A DNA stretch of 64,000 nucleotides from Propionibacteriaceae bacterium (GTDB lineage Bacteria; Actinomycetota; Actinomycetes; Propionibacteriales; Propionibacteriaceae), in NCBI GenBank assembly GCA_009782785.1, contig WRIJ01000009.1, positions 25,111 through 89,110 on the forward strand. The letters are read 5' to 3'. How positions within the stretch are numbered: the stretch's first letter is position 1; each line of letters begins with the position of its first letter. The translations under genes and the position numbers were made by a program. Shown in pieces: positions 1-10,133 of this stretch. Below the pieces are notes generated by a model that made no database searches, was not told the DNA's origin, and worked only from the letters and a program-made list of their open reading frames with translations.

Positions 1-11
1 GGTAATCGAAT

Positions 12-608
12 ATGAGCAAGAATTTTCAGCGTCCTAATCGCAGGGATGCACTTTTAGGAGATCGCGAGGGTGCGTACGCTATTGCGCGTCACGTCCGCAT
101 GACTCCGATGAAGGTACGCCGCGTCGTTGATGTTGTGAGGGGAATGAGTGTGCCCGATGCACTCAATACTCTTCGTTTCGCCCCTCAGGCCGCATCTGAG
201 CCGGTGTACAAGGTCATCGCGTCCGCTGTTGCTAACGCAGAGAGCACTGAGAACCTTCATGCTAATGATTTGTTCGTTTCGCAGATCTTCGTTGATGAGG
301 GTGTGACGATGCGGCGAATTCGTGCGCGAGCGAAAGGTTCTGCGTCCAGGATTCTCAAACGTGCCTCACATATCACTGCTGTGGTGGAACCTGTGGCTAA
401 TCGCGGTCCGATTCCTCCATCAACCCAGGTGGTGACGATGCGTTGGGATGATCCTCGATTGGATAGCACCACTCAACCGGCTAAGGAAGAAACCCCGGCA
501 TCGACCAAAACTGAGAAGAAGTCGGAGACTGGCGCGAAGAAGGCACCAGCAAAGAAGGCACCAGCGAAGAAGGCTGACAAGGCCTCTCATGAGACTAAGG
601 AGGCCTGA
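12..608 (+). CDS. rplV: 50S ribosomal protein L22
   Basis: 198-aa ORF with an L22 core ([20 protein letters not shown]...[15 protein letters not shown]) and a Lys/Ala-rich C-terminal tail. First gene of a colinear r-protein run. Confidence 0.95.
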   Translation: MSKNFQRPNRRDALLGDREGAYAIARHVRMTPMKVRRVVDVVRGMSVPDALNTLRFAPQAASEPVYKVIASAVANAESTENLHANDLFVSQIFVDEGVTMRRIRARAKGSASRILKRASHITAVVEPVANRGPIPPSTQVVTMRWDDPRLDSTTQPAKEETPASTKTEKKSETGAKKAPAKKAPAKKADKASHETKEA

Positions 609-610
609 GC

Positions 611-1432
611 ATGGGTCAAAAGATTAGCCCCATGGGGTTCCGTTTAGGTATCTCGACCGACCATGTGTCGCGTTGGTATTCCGATAAGCAGTACGCAGAG
701 TATCTCGGTGAAGACATTAAAATCCGTGAATTCCTCACCAAGCGTTTGGAGAGGGCGGGCATCTCCTCGATTGAGATCGAGCGCTTCTCTGAGCGAGTGA
801 CCATCTTTCTTCATGCTGCTCGTCCAGGGATCATCATTGGTCGCAATGGTGCTGAAGCTGAGAAGGTACGCTCCGATCTGGAGAAGCTCACCGGCAAACA
901 GGTTCAGCTCAATATCTTGGAAGTGAAAAACCCTGAGATTGATGCACAATTGGTCGCTCAAGGTGTCGCAGAACAACTCGGCGCTCGTGTGGCCTTTAGG
1001 CGTGCCATGCGTAAAGCTCAACAGTCAGCAATGCGTGGCGGTGCACTCGGGATCAGGATCCAGTGTTCTGGTCGTTTGGGTGGTGCTGAAATGAGCCGTG
1101 CAGAGTTCTATCGTGAAGGCCGCGTACCTTTGCACACACTGCGTGCCGATATCGACTATGGCTTCTATGAAGCTCGTACAACTTTCGGTCGCATTGGTGT
1201 CAAGGTGTGGATCTATAAAGGCGATTTGACCGGTACGCGTGCAGAGCGTGTTGCTCAGAAAGCGAATCGCCAATCAGCGTTGACCCGTCAGCGTCCCACG
1301 CGTCGCCCTGGTCGTGGGGAACGTAGCGAGCGTGGAGACAGAAGTGATCGCGGCCGCGGGCGTACCCAGGAAACCCCCGTGGCAGAGACTGCTGTGGTGA
1401 GCGAAACACCGGCAGAAAGCACAGGTGCATAA
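611..1432 (+). CDS. rpsC: 30S ribosomal protein S3
   Basis: 273-aa ORF with KH/S3 motifs ([13 protein letters not shown]..., [10 protein letters not shown]). Starts 3 nt after the rplV stop. Confidence 0.97.
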   Translation: MGQKISPMGFRLGISTDHVSRWYSDKQYAEYLGEDIKIREFLTKRLERAGISSIEIERFSERVTIFLHAARPGIIIGRNGAEAEKVRSDLEKLTGKQVQLNILEVKNPEIDAQLVAQGVAEQLGARVAFRRAMRKAQQSAMRGGALGIRIQCSGRLGGAEMSRAEFYREGRVPLHTLRADIDYGFYEARTTFGRIGVKVWIYKGDLTGTRAERVAQKANRQSALTRQRPTRRPGRGERSERGDRSDRGRGRTQETPVAETAVVSETPAESTGA

Positions 1433-1848
1433 TGTTGATACCTCGTCGCGTGAAATACCGCAAACAACACCATCCTAAGCGTAAAGGTATGGCTAAAGGT
1501 GGTACGACTCTTGCCTTCGGTGACTATGGCATCCAGGCTGTGGAGCCCTCGTACCTCACGAACCGCCAGATTGAAGCCGCTCGTATTGCCATGACTCGTC
1601 ACATCAAGCGTGGTGGAAAAGTGTGGATTAACGTGTTCCCTGACCGTCCCATGACCAAGCATCCTGCTGAATCGCGTATGGGCTCAGGTAAGGGCACTCC
1701 CGAATGGTGGATTGTTAACGTCAAACCCGGACGTGTTCTGTTCGAACTTTCCGGTGTCAGTGAGGATGTGGCTCGCGAAGCTATGCGGTTGGCCATTCAC
1801 AAACTGCCTTTCAAGGCGCGCTTCATTTCGAGAGAGGGTGACAACTGA
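1432..1848 (+). CDS. rplP: 50S ribosomal protein L16
   Basis: 138-aa ORF starting [15 protein letters not shown]... Start overlaps the rpsC stop (ATAATG). Confidence 0.97.
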   Translation: MLIPRRVKYRKQHHPKRKGMAKGGTTLAFGDYGIQAVEPSYLTNRQIEAARIAMTRHIKRGGKVWINVFPDRPMTKHPAESRMGSGKGTPEWWIVNVKPGRVLFELSGVSEDVAREAMRLAIHKLPFKARFISREGDN

Positions 1849-2075
1849 TGGCTACCACCACAGCAGCAGAGTTGAGAACACTCAGCAGAACAGAATTGAA
1901 TTCCCGTGTCGTGGAATTAAAAGAAGAGCTCTTCGGTTTGCGGTTCGCCGCAGCCACAGGGCAGTTGGAGTCCCATGGGCGTCTGCGTGAAGCTCGCAAA
2001 GATATTGCGCGGATCTACACCGTACTCCAGGAACGCAATCTTGGCATCGTGCCTGACCCTGAGAAGGAGATCTGA
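1848..2075 (+). CDS. rpmC: 50S ribosomal protein L29
   Basis: 75-aa ORF in the conserved position between L16 and S17. Contains [25 protein letters not shown]. Start overlaps the previous stop (TGATG). Confidence 0.95.
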   Translation: MATTTAAELRTLSRTELNSRVVELKEELFGLRFAAATGQLESHGRLREARKDIARIYTVLQERNLGIVPDPEKEI

Positions 2076-2335
2076 TGAGTGAGGATAGGGCTAAAAGGAA
2101 AGTCCGCGAAGGGGTTGTGGTGTCCGACAAGATGGATAAAACCATCACCGTCGTCATCGAGGACCGTGTGAAGCATCCTTTGTATAAGAAGGTCATGACC
2201 AGAAGCCAGAGGCTGAAGGTTCACGACGAAGGCAATACTGCTGGACGCGGCGACCGTGTACGGGTGATGGAGACCCGTCCGCTGTCGGCGACGAAGCGGT
2301 GGAGGCTCGTCGAGATCATTGAGAAGGCGCGCTAG
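2075..2335 (+). CDS. rpsQ: 30S ribosomal protein S17
   Basis: 86-aa ORF containing [27 protein letters not shown]. Confidence 0.95.
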   Translation: MSEDRAKRKVREGVVVSDKMDKTITVVIEDRVKHPLYKKVMTRSQRLKVHDEGNTAGRGDRVRVMETRPLSATKRWRLVEIIEKAR

Positions 2336-2360
2336 GGCAGCGGCGAACCAAGGAGAAATA

Positions 2361-2729
2361 ATGATCCAGCAAGAAACTCGGCTCAAAGTTGCCGATAACA
2401 CCGGTGCCAAGGAACTCTTGTGCATCCGTGTTCTCGGTGGCTCTAAACGCCGCTATGCCTATGTCGGTGACACGATTGTTGCCACCGTCAAAGATGCCAT
2501 CCCTGGGGGAGGGGTGAAGAAGGGCGAAGTTGTTCAAGCAGTTGTCGTACGTACGGCAAAAGAACATCGTCGCTCCGATGGCTCGTACATCAAGTTTGAT
2601 GAGAACGCTGCGGTGCTTCTGGGCCAAAATGGCGAACCACGAGGGACCCGTATTTTCGGCCCTGTTGCCCGTGAACTACGCGAGAAGAAATACATGCGTA
2701 TTGTTTCTCTCGCTCCTGAGGTGATCTGA
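2361..2729 (+). CDS. rplN: 50S ribosomal protein L14
   Basis: The track ORF starts at 2319. The canonical L14 N-terminus [17 protein letters not shown] begins at the ATG at 2361, preceded by AAGGAG. Confidence 0.96.
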   Translation: MIQQETRLKVADNTGAKELLCIRVLGGSKRRYAYVGDTIVATVKDAIPGGGVKKGEVVQAVVVRTAKEHRRSDGSYIKFDENAAVLLGQNGEPRGTRIFGPVARELREKKYMRIVSLAPEVI

Positions 2730-2731
2730 GA

Positions 2732-3103
2732 ATGGCTATGCATGTGAAGAAGGGCGACCACGTACGTGTGATCGCTGGAAAAGATAGGGGAGTCACCGGT
2801 GACATCATCGCTGTGAATCCCGAGAAACAGACAGTGACTGTCGCCGGGGTCAATGTAGTGAAAAGGCACCGCAAAGACTCCCAGGGTGGCACGAACCGCC
2901 AGGTCATCAAGGGTGGGATTTTGAGCTCTGAGGCTCCAATCCATGTCTCGAATGTGGCACTGGTTGTCCGCCAAGGAACGAAGGAAGTAACCACGCGAGT
3001 GGGGTACGAACCGCACGAAGAAACCCGTAAACGTTCTGATGGATCGACCTATTCTGTCATCCGGCACAAGAGGATTTCACGCAAGACTGGGAAGGAGATC
3101 TGA
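2732..3103 (+). CDS. rplX: 50S ribosomal protein L24
   Basis: 123-aa ORF with a KOW motif ([16 protein letters not shown]). Position between L14 and L5. Confidence 0.95.
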   Translation: MAMHVKKGDHVRVIAGKDRGVTGDIIAVNPEKQTVTVAGVNVVKRHRKDSQGGTNRQVIKGGILSSEAPIHVSNVALVVRQGTKEVTTRVGYEPHEETRKRSDGSTYSVIRHKRISRKTGKEI

Positions 3104-3750
3104 TGGCGAAGACAACAAATTCTGAGAACAAGGAACTTCCTCGCTTGAAGAAGCAGTACCGGGAAGAGATTGCTCCCAACCTGCTCAAAGAATTCAGCTA
3201 TGACAACGTCATGCGGGTTCCAGGTCTGGTCAAGATCGTGGTCAATATGGGTGTTGGTGAAGCCGCCAAAGATTCGAAAGTGATCGACGCTGCCGTACGG
3301 GACCTGACCCAGATCACGGGACAAAAACCCACCGTGACTAAGGCGCGCAAGTCTATTGCCCAGTTTAAACTGCGTGAAGGAATGCCCATTGGTTGCCACG
3401 TGACCCTGCGTGGGAATCGCATGTGGGAGTTTGCTGATCGCCTCTTGAGCTTGGCACTTCCCCGCATCCGTGACTTCCGTGGATTGTCACCCCTGCAATT
3501 CGATGGCCAAGGAAACTACACTTTCGGGCTCACCGAACAGGTCATGTTCCATGAAATCGATCAGGACAAGATCGACAAGATCCGTGGAATGGACATCACT
3601 TTCGTCACCTCGGCATCAACTGATGACGAAGGTCGCGCACTGCTCACTGGCTTGGGGTTCCCTTTCCAAGCCATGGATGTCGCCCAATCCAATAGGGCAG
3701 CTACGAAGAAGAAGAGGGGCTCTGGCCCCATCGGGAAGAAAAAGAGGTAA
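3103..3750 (+). CDS. rplE: 50S ribosomal protein L5
   Basis: 215-aa ORF with an L5 core ([19 protein letters not shown]...) and a basic C-terminal tail. Confidence 0.95.
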   Translation: MAKTTNSENKELPRLKKQYREEIAPNLLKEFSYDNVMRVPGLVKIVVNMGVGEAAKDSKVIDAAVRDLTQITGQKPTVTKARKSIAQFKLREGMPIGCHVTLRGNRMWEFADRLLSLALPRIRDFRGLSPLQFDGQGNYTFGLTEQVMFHEIDQDKIDKIRGMDITFVTSASTDDEGRALLTGLGFPFQAMDVAQSNRAATKKKRGSGPIGKKKR

Positions 3751-3753
3751 GCC

Positions 3754-3939
3754 ATGGCAACCACAGCAATCAAGGTTAAAGCATCGCGTAAGCCCAAATA
3801 TGCAGTACGGGCGTACACCCGATGCCAGAAGTGCGGGCGACCAAAGTCGGTGTACCGCAAGTTCGGCCTCTGCCGTATCTGCCTTCGTACCATGGCCCAC
3901 CGTGGCGAACTGCCCGGCATAACGAAATCCTCCTGGTGA
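3754..3939 (+). CDS. rpsN: 30S ribosomal protein S14, zinc-binding type Z
   Basis: 61-aa ORF with CxxC...CxxC (CQKCGRP...CRIC) and a C-terminal W. Confidence 0.95.
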   Translation: MATTAIKVKASRKPKYAVRAYTRCQKCGRPKSVYRKFGLCRICLRTMAHRGELPGITKSSW

Positions 3940-4017
3940 CCTGATGAACTTTTTCCACACGACGACAACACAGCAGGTCCATCAAGGAAACCCCTGTGAG
4001 AAAGAGGCAACAAGCCG

Positions 4018-4425
4018 ATGACTATGACAGACCCGATCGCAGACATGCTCACACGTCTGCGCAATGCCAACATGGCGCATCATGAGACAGCATCGATGCC
4101 GCACTCCAAGATCAAGGTCGGCATTGCTTCTATCCTCAAAAACGAGGGTTACATCACTGACTTTGAGGTCAAAGACCCTGAAGCCGGTAGCATTGCCAAG
4201 ACCCTGACCGTGACGCTCAAGTATGGTGAAAACCGTGAGCGTTCCATTCAGGGACTGAAGCGCATCTCCAAACCAGGGTTGCGCGTCTATGCGAAATCCA
4301 CCTCCTTGCCGAAAGTTCTCGGCGGGTTGGGTGTCGCCATTATTTCCACAAGCCAAGGTCTGCTCACCGACAGGGAAGCAAACCAAAAGTCTGTTGGCGG
4401 GGAAGTCCTCGCTTTCGTCTGGTAG
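4018..4425 (+). CDS. rpsH: 30S ribosomal protein S8
   Basis: 135-aa ORF starting [15 protein letters not shown]... An alternative ATG lies at 4024. Confidence 0.95.
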   Translation: MTMTDPIADMLTRLRNANMAHHETASMPHSKIKVGIASILKNEGYITDFEVKDPEAGSIAKTLTVTLKYGENRERSIQGLKRISKPGLRVYAKSTSLPKVLGGLGVAIISTSQGLLTDREANQKSVGGEVLAFVW

Positions 4426-4434
4426 GGGGTTGAC

Positions 4435-4974
4435 ATGTCGCGTATTGGAAAGATGCCCATCACGATCCCAGCTGGGGTTGAAGTGAAGATCGATGGCGAT
4501 GAAGTGAGCGTGAAAGGCCCCAAGGGGACACTGACACACACCGTCGCTTCCCCGATCACTGTAGAAATGAATGACGGTACGTTGGATGTCTCGCGTCCTA
4601 ATGATGAGAGGCTCTCACGTTCACTGCACGGGTTGACTCGCACACTGGTCAACAACATGGTTGTTGGTGTCACCGAAGGCTACGAAAAGAAGCTCGAAAT
4701 CGTGGGTGTGGGTTACCGCGTTGTGCAAAAGAGCCCCACAGAATTGGAGTTCGCTTTAGGTTTCTCCCACCCGGTGAATGTCAAAGCACCCGAAGGGATC
4801 ACTTTTACAGTGGAGAATCCTACAAGGTTCTCTGTCCAAGGGATCTCCAAGCAGGCAGTGGGCGAAGTTGCTGCTAACATCCGCAAGATTCGTAAACCCG
4901 AGCCGTACAAAGGCAAGGGTGTGAGGTACTCCGGCGAGCAGGTACGCCGCAAGGCCGGAAAGGCTGGTAAGTAA
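4435..4974 (+). CDS. rplF: 50S ribosomal protein L6
   Basis: 179-aa ORF starting [17 protein letters not shown]... Confidence 0.96.
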   Translation: MSRIGKMPITIPAGVEVKIDGDEVSVKGPKGTLTHTVASPITVEMNDGTLDVSRPNDERLSRSLHGLTRTLVNNMVVGVTEGYEKKLEIVGVGYRVVQKSPTELEFALGFSHPVNVKAPEGITFTVENPTRFSVQGISKQAVGEVAANIRKIRKPEPYKGKGVRYSGEQVRRKAGKAGK

Positions 4975-5357
4975 TGGCTATATCACTCAAACCCACCAAG
5001 GGAATGTCTCCCAAGGCTGCGGCTTTGGCGAAGAGACAAAACCGTGGACGCAAGAACATCACAGGTACCCCGACCAAACCCCGTTTGGTTGTTACCCGTT
5101 CTGCCCGCCACATCGTGGCTCAAGTCATTGATGACACGAAAGGTCACACTCTCGTGTCAGCCTCCACGATGGAATCCGATCTGAGAGCTTCAAAGGCAGG
5201 CAAAACCGAGAAAGCTAAGAAGGTTGGGGAACTCATTGCCAGCAGGGCAAAAGACGCCGGTGTTGACCAGGTGGTCTTCGACCGGGCTGGACGACAATAT
5301 CATGGGCGCGTTGCTGCTTTGGCAGATGGTGCACGTGAAGCTGGACTCGGTCTGTAG
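4974..5357 (+). CDS. rplR: 50S ribosomal protein L18
   Basis: 127-aa ORF containing [18 protein letters not shown]...[24 protein letters not shown]. Confidence 0.95.
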   Translation: MAISLKPTKGMSPKAAALAKRQNRGRKNITGTPTKPRLVVTRSARHIVAQVIDDTKGHTLVSASTMESDLRASKAGKTEKAKKVGELIASRAKDAGVDQVVFDRAGRQYHGRVAALADGAREAGLGL

Positions 5358-5372
5358 ACGGAAGGAAGAAAC

Positions 5373-5981
5373 ATGGCAGTCAATAACCGCCGCGAACAAG
5401 GCGAATCTGGTGACAACCGACGTCGTGACTCCGCACGCAACCGCGAAGCTGAAGAAGCCTCGAAGTCGAACTATCTTGAGCGTGTTGTCGCGATCAACCG
5501 TGTGGCCAAGGTGGTGAAAGGTGGACGTCGTTTCTCTTTCACAGCACTCGTGGTTGTCGGTGATGGTGATGGCATGGTCGGTGTGGGTTACGGCAAAGCT
5601 AAAGAAGTGCCCGCAGCGATCGCTAAAGGAGTGGAAGAAGCGAAGAAGCGCTTCTTTAAAGTCCCACGCATTTTGAAAACAATCCCTCACCCTGTACAAG
5701 GGGAGGAAGCAGCTGGTGTCGTGATGTTGCGCCCCGCATCACCCGGTACGGGTGTCATCGCTGGTGGTGCTGCCCGCGCCGTACTGGAATGTGCAGGGAT
5801 CCATGACGTATTGGCCAAATCCTTAGGTTCAGCTAATGCCATCAATGTGGTCCATGCGACAGTGAAGGCTCTCAAGACTCTGGAAGAACCCGAGCAGGTA
5901 GCCAACCGTCGCAACAAGACTATTGAGGAAGTCACCCCAGCGGCTCTGCTTGCGGCGAAGCTTAAAGGAGAGGGCAAGTGA
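5373..5981 (+). CDS. rpsE: 30S ribosomal protein S5
   Basis: 202-aa ORF containing [28 protein letters not shown]. Confidence 0.96.
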   Translation: MAVNNRREQGESGDNRRRDSARNREAEEASKSNYLERVVAINRVAKVVKGGRRFSFTALVVVGDGDGMVGVGYGKAKEVPAAIAKGVEEAKKRFFKVPRILKTIPHPVQGEEAAGVVMLRPASPGTGVIAGGAARAVLECAGIHDVLAKSLGSANAINVVHATVKALKTLEEPEQVANRRNKTIEEVTPAALLAAKLKGEGK

Positions 5982-6235
5982 GTAAGAAAACACAGTGTGA
6001 AACAGTGGTCATCACAAGGATCAAGTCTTCGATTGGCGCCAAGAGGAATCATCGTGAAACCTTGAGGTCGTTGGGTTTGAGAAAAATCGGTGACCAGGTG
6101 ACTCGTGAATTGGATCCTATTACCAAAGGCATGGTGCGTACCGTGTCACACATGATCATTGTTGAGAAGACCGAGACCCCCAAGGACAAGCTGACGAAAG
6201 TCGAGCAGGTTGAGCGTGCAAAGGAAGGCGAATAA
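5978..6235 (+). CDS. rpmD: 50S ribosomal protein L30
   Basis: 85-aa ORF with a GTG start overlapping the rpsE stop (GTGA). L30 core ([27 protein letters not shown]) plus a C-terminal extension. Confidence 0.9.
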   Translation: MSKKTQCETVVITRIKSSIGAKRNHRETLRSLGLRKIGDQVTRELDPITKGMVRTVSHMIIVEKTETPKDKLTKVEQVERAKEGE

Positions 6236-6675
6236 TGGCTCTACAGATTCATCATCTCCGCCCAGCTGAAGGAGCACACACCAAGAAAACCCGTGTAGGT
6301 CGTGGTGAAGCATCTAAAGGTAAAACTGCAGGTCGCGGTACGAAAGGTACCGGCGCTCGTAAGAACGTACCGCTGTACTTCGAGGGTGGCCAGATGCCAT
6401 TGCATCGCCGAGTACCAAAACTGCGCGGTTTCGCTAGCCCCTTCCGTGTGGATTACCAGGTGGTCAATGTTGCGCGCATTGAAGAAATGTTCCCCCAAGG
6501 TGGCACGATCGGTGTAGAAGACCTTGTCAAGAAGGGTTTGGTTCGTAATGCATCGCGTGTCAAGGTGCTTGCGAATGGTGAGTTGAACGTCAAACTGGAC
6601 GTCACAGCTCACGCCTTCTCCGATAAGGCGAAAGAAAAAATCGAAAAGGCCGGTGGGTCCGTCACGACACTGTAG
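6235..6675 (+). CDS. rplO: 50S ribosomal protein L15
   Basis: 146-aa ORF containing [17 protein letters not shown]... Confidence 0.95.
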   Translation: MALQIHHLRPAEGAHTKKTRVGRGEASKGKTAGRGTKGTGARKNVPLYFEGGQMPLHRRVPKLRGFASPFRVDYQVVNVARIEEMFPQGGTIGVEDLVKKGLVRNASRVKVLANGELNVKLDVTAHAFSDKAKEKIEKAGGSVTTL

Positions 6676-6726
6676 GCACAAGAGCCTGTCGTGGACTGAT
6701 ACCCTAGGTGAGGTGAGGAGAAAAAT

Positions 6727-8031
6727 ATGCTGAGTGCGATCAGGAATGTTTTTAGGTCTGGTGATCTCAATAAGAAGATTCTATTCACGCTCTTCATCGT
6801 TGTGATCTTCCGTTTGGGTTCGACTCTTCCGGTCCCCAATGTGAACATGGTCAATCTCTCGGGATGTGTGAAACAAGCAGCAGAAGCCAGTGATGAAACT
6901 GCTGGACTCTTCTCGATGATCAACCTGTTCTCTGGTGGAGCGATGTTGCAGATGTCGGTTTTTGCCCTCGGCATCATGCCGTACATCACCGCAAGCATCA
7001 TCATGCAGCTCATGACTGTTGTGGTTCCCCGCCTGGAAACCCTCAAAAAGGAGGGGGCATCAGGTACGGCCAAGATCACCCAATATACTCGCTATCTCAC
7101 TGTTATTCTGGCGGTGTTGAACGCGACCACCTATGTTTCGATGGCCGTCAATAAGCAGATTTTTAGAAGCTGCCCCGACGATGTTGTTCACTCGAATGAA
7201 CTTTTCCCAATTGTTGTCATGATCCTCACGATGACCGCTGGTACAGGTATGGTCATGTGGCTTGGTGAGCTCATCACTGATCATGGTGTGGGCCGAGGCA
7301 TGTCGATCCTCATCTTCACCCAAATCGCGGCTCGTTTCCCGGATTCTTTGTGGCAGATTCAACAGCAGAAAGGCTGGTTCCTGTTCCTGCTGGTTTTGGC
7401 CATTGGTTTACTGGTGATGGTGGGCATCATCTTCATGGAGCAAGGTCAACGCCGCGTTCCTGTTCAATACGCGAAACGCATGGTCGGGCGCAAGATGTAC
7501 GGCGGTTCCAAGACCTATATCCCACTCAAAGTGAACCAGTCTGGTGTTATCCCGGTCATCTTTGCTTCATCGATTTTGTACCTACCGTCGATGTTTGCTC
7601 AAATGTTCCCCACATCGAAGGTGTCGATCTTCATCGGGCAATACTTCGTTAAAGGCTCCGAATGGCCCTATAACGTCCTGTTCTTCCTGCTAGTGGTGTC
7701 CTTCTGTTACTTCTATGTGTCGATCACGTTCAACCCTGTGGAGATCTCAGACAATATGAAGAAGTACGGCGGATTCATCCCCGGTATCCGAGCGGGAGCC
7801 CCGACAGCTCGATACTTGAAGTACGTCCTGAGTCGACTGACTTTCCCCGGTTCACTCTATTTGGGTATCGTGGCTCTGATACCGACTTTAGCCTTCGTAC
7901 TCGTGGGTGCATCACAGCAATTCCCCTTCGGTGGTACATCAATCCTGATTGTTGTCGGTGTTGGTCTTGATACGGTCAAGCAGATCCAGTCACAACTCGA
8001 GCAGCGCTCCTACGAGGGCTTCCTTAAATGA
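6727..8031 (+). CDS. secY: Preprotein translocase subunit SecY
   Basis: 434-aa polytopic ORF containing LFSGGAMLQMSVFALGIMPYITASIIMQL. Conserved position after rplO. Confidence 0.97.
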   Translation: MLSAIRNVFRSGDLNKKILFTLFIVVIFRLGSTLPVPNVNMVNLSGCVKQAAEASDETAGLFSMINLFSGGAMLQMSVFALGIMPYITASIIMQLMTVVVPRLETLKKEGASGTAKITQYTRYLTVILAVLNATTYVSMAVNKQIFRSCPDDVVHSNELFPIVVMILTMTAGTGMVMWLGELITDHGVGRGMSILIFTQIAARFPDSLWQIQQQKGWFLFLLVLAIGLLVMVGIIFMEQGQRRVPVQYAKRMVGRKMYGGSKTYIPLKVNQSGVIPVIFASSILYLPSMFAQMFPTSKVSIFIGQYFVKGSEWPYNVLFFLLVVSFCYFYVSITFNPVEISDNMKKYGGFIPGIRAGAPTARYLKYVLSRLTFPGSLYLGIVALIPTLAFVLVGASQQFPFGGTSILIVVGVGLDTVKQIQSQLEQRSYEGFLK

Positions 8032-8044
8032 GATTGTCTGTCGT

Positions 8045-8066
8045 ATAGTGCGCTGGCGCGCACTAT
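8045..8066 (+). terminator. Hairpin after secY (9-bp perfect stem ATAGTGCGC / GCGCACTAT, 4-nt loop)
   Basis: Perfect inverted repeat read directly, 14 nt after the secY stop. No clear U-tract. Confidence 0.5.
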
Positions 8067-8122
8067 CTTCCGGCCAAACGCATACTCACCAACTCCGTCG
8101 TTCTGCGTTCCCTTCCCAGATG

Positions 8123-8271
8123 GTCATTCCGCGGAGGGCACCAGCCCGACTTGGCAGGAATCCAGGTAAACGATCAGCCCTGAAGAATAGTCTGATGGCA
8201 ATGACTAACCACCGATGGTCACCACCAGGGTCAGTGTGATTTCTGGACCCTGCGACTTCGCGCAGGGTGAC
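8123..8271 (+). repeat. Family-A palindromic TIR mini-element, copy A1 (149 bp)
   Basis: Begins GTCATTCCGCGGAG and ends CGCAGGGTGAC (ends fit GTCAYYCYGCG in inverted orientation). Homologous by eye over its full length to 8480-8642 and, reverse-complemented, to 31053-31200. Confidence 0.85.
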
Positions 8272-8280
8272 GGTAGTAGT

Positions 8281-8441
8281 GTCCATTGACCGCAATTGTG
8301 TGATCGGGAGCACGGGTTGTCGTTGCGTTGTGACTCACCATGCAAACCCAGATCAGTGCGTGAAGTAGAGTGACCAGCGTACAAGCGGTCACTACGCGAC
8401 GTTTCTCGACACCCACCATCAGGCGGTAGCGGTCAATAGAC
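8281..8441 (-). repeat. Family-B TIR mini-element, copy B1 (161 bp)
   Basis: Flanked by GTCCATTGACCGC (8281-8293) and GCGGTCAATAGAC (8429-8441), an inverted pair matching at 12 of 13 positions. The reverse-complemented body aligns with 30538-30700. Confidence 0.8.
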
Positions 8442-8479
8442 GACCCGGAACGGTCATTCCGCAGAGCAGTACCAACCAC

Positions 8480-8642
8480 ATCATTCCGCGGAGGGCACCA
8501 GCCCGACTTGGCAGGAATCCAGGTAAACGATCAACCCTGAAGAAGAGTCTGATGGCAATGACTAACCACCGATGGTCACCACCATGGCCAGTATGATTTC
8601 TGGACCCTGCGAGCCTTCGCTTCGCTCAGGCCGCAGGGTGAC
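8480..8642 (+). repeat. Family-A mini-element, copy A2 (163 bp)
   Basis: Direct repeat of A1 about 357 bp downstream. Same arms and body, with a longer loop in the right-hand hairpin. A solo arm GTCATTCCGCAGA lies at 8453-8465. Confidence 0.85.
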
Positions 8643-8750
8643 GGGGGTGGCGTCGACAAGGAACCGTCCCTTTGTGACTCGTGCAGGGAGACGGGGGTGG
8701 TGCTCCGCAGGGTGATGGAGGTGGTGGCGCACAGGGTAATGGAGGTGACC
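8633..8750 (+). repeat. Degenerate tandem array of GCAGGGTGAYGGRGGTGG (4 units)
   Basis: Units read at 8633, 8683, 8707 and 8731. This is the reverse complement of the C-rich arrays at 30706-30790 and 49015-49068. Confidence 0.6.
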
Positions 8751-8841
8751 TCGACCTGCGCTTCAGAGTTTATGGAATCTTTGGTGTCTGAGAGATCCTT
8801 GACTATATTCGTGAGTCGTGAATAAGTCGAAGGGCCCGAAT

Positions 8842-10101
8842 ATGAACCTGAGTGCCAAGCGTTTGACTCTCGTGTGGAGTCTTGTCGTCATGCTCATTGC
8901 TTCCCTGGGTGTAGCCACAGGCCAACCGGTAGCAACAGCAGATACTGGCGATAAGGCGAGCTTCACCAGTGTGGCACCACCCACGACTGTCTCCATGAGT
9001 ATCGATGTTCTAGGCACCTCCCTGACCGAGAATTCTCTCGAACTGTCGGTGACAGGTTCATCGCGCAGCTACCTAGTACCGATGTTTGGTGCAGACTACG
9101 GTTTAACAACCCAAGTTTTGTGCGATCCGGGAACCTTGACGATCACTGCGAGCGCACCACAGAAACTCGAAGTGACACTCATGGTGTCCTTCCTCGATGA
9201 GGAGGGTCTCGTGCTAGCCACCTATGAGGACACCTTGCGCATGTCGCCGACCATTGCTCAAACACCTGAACAACCAGCCACACCGGCACCACAACCAGTC
9301 GTGGAGCAACCCAAGGCCCCCGTACTGCTTCCTGCAACAGCTTTCACACCAACGATCAGTGGTTCCCTCATCGTGACACAGAAACTCACTGCGTCGGCGA
9401 ATCTGCCCTCAGGGTGGAAAGTCAGCGGATACCAATGGTTCCGTGGGAGTGCGGCAATCGCAGGTGCCACAGCCTCCACGTACATTGTGACGGCCAAGGA
9501 TGTGAATCTCACCTTGTCGGTACGAGTAATAGCTACTCGTGACGGATATAAAGATGGTGTGGGTACATCAGCTGCCACCTCGAAAGTTGCTTGGAATTAC
9601 TTGGTGAGTGTTGACAAAACCAAGCTGCTCTCCAAGCATTATACGGTTGGTCGTACTAGCAAAATCGATAAGATCGTTATTCACCACAATGCAGGAAACT
9701 TGAGCATTGATCAGGTGTACAACGTGTGGCAAACCCGTGAAGCATCCGCTCACTACCAGGTACAAAGCGATGGAAAAGTCGGGCGCTTGGTTGCTGATGG
9801 TAACACTGCTTGGCATGCGGGGAACTGGCAAGCCAATGTGACCTCGATCGGTATTGAGCACGCAAACAACACAGGGAAAGCACCCTGGACGATCAGCGAT
9901 TCAGCTATCGATAGTGGTGGTCGTCTCGTGGCAGAATTGTCGATCTATTATGGACTTGGCCGACCCACGTGGATGAAGACGGTCTACCCACACTCGTACT
10001 TTTCTTCAACCTCCTGCCCAGGAGAATTGAGCAAGTCCCAGCAGGCCCAGTACATGGCCCGCGCCCAGTATTGGTACGACCAGCTGATCGCTGGCGCCTA
10101 A
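8842..10101 (+). CDS. Secreted N-acetylmuramoyl-L-alanine amidase (amidase_2/PGRP-type domain at the C-terminus)
   Basis: Signal peptide MNLSAKRLTLVWSLVVMLIASLGVATG. C-terminal IVIHHNAGN...AHYQV...TAWHAGNWQANVTSIGIEHAN. The track ORF starts at a GTG at 8818, so the start is uncertain. Confidence 0.8.
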   Translation: MNLSAKRLTLVWSLVVMLIASLGVATGQPVATADTGDKASFTSVAPPTTVSMSIDVLGTSLTENSLELSVTGSSRSYLVPMFGADYGLTTQVLCDPGTLTITASAPQKLEVTLMVSFLDEEGLVLATYEDTLRMSPTIAQTPEQPATPAPQPVVEQPKAPVLLPATAFTPTISGSLIVTQKLTASANLPSGWKVSGYQWFRGSAAIAGATASTYIVTAKDVNLTLSVRVIATRDGYKDGVGTSAATSKVAWNYLVSVDKTKLLSKHYTVGRTSKIDKIVIHHNAGNLSIDQVYNVWQTREASAHYQVQSDGKVGRLVADGNTAWHAGNWQANVTSIGIEHANNTGKAPWTISDSAIDSGGRLVAELSIYYGLGRPTWMKTVYPHSYFSSTSCPGELSKSQQAQYMARAQYWYDQLIAGA

Positions 10102-10133
10102 AGTGGCTCACTGCTCAAAGGATATGCGAGAAG

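Noticed and set aside
1-11. Possible 3' end of rpsS (S19) at the window start
   Set aside because: Only a TAA at 3-5 is visible, which is too little sequence to support a feature.
430-608. Basic or low-complexity C-terminal tails on L22, S3 (1290-1432), L5 (3660-3750) and L30 (6160-6235)
   Set aside because: As far as I recall, such extensions are common in actinobacterial ribosomal proteins. I did not treat them as novel.
8231-8479. ORFs inside the repeat islands (also 8086-8313, 30945-31199, 30990-31307, 34966-35415, 49190-49549) that share peptide strings such as RNDRSGS.IDR or VTLREVAGSR
   Set aside because: The shared peptides are just translations of the repeated DNA. The ORFs cross element boundaries, differ in frame continuity between copies, and lack start or SD signals.
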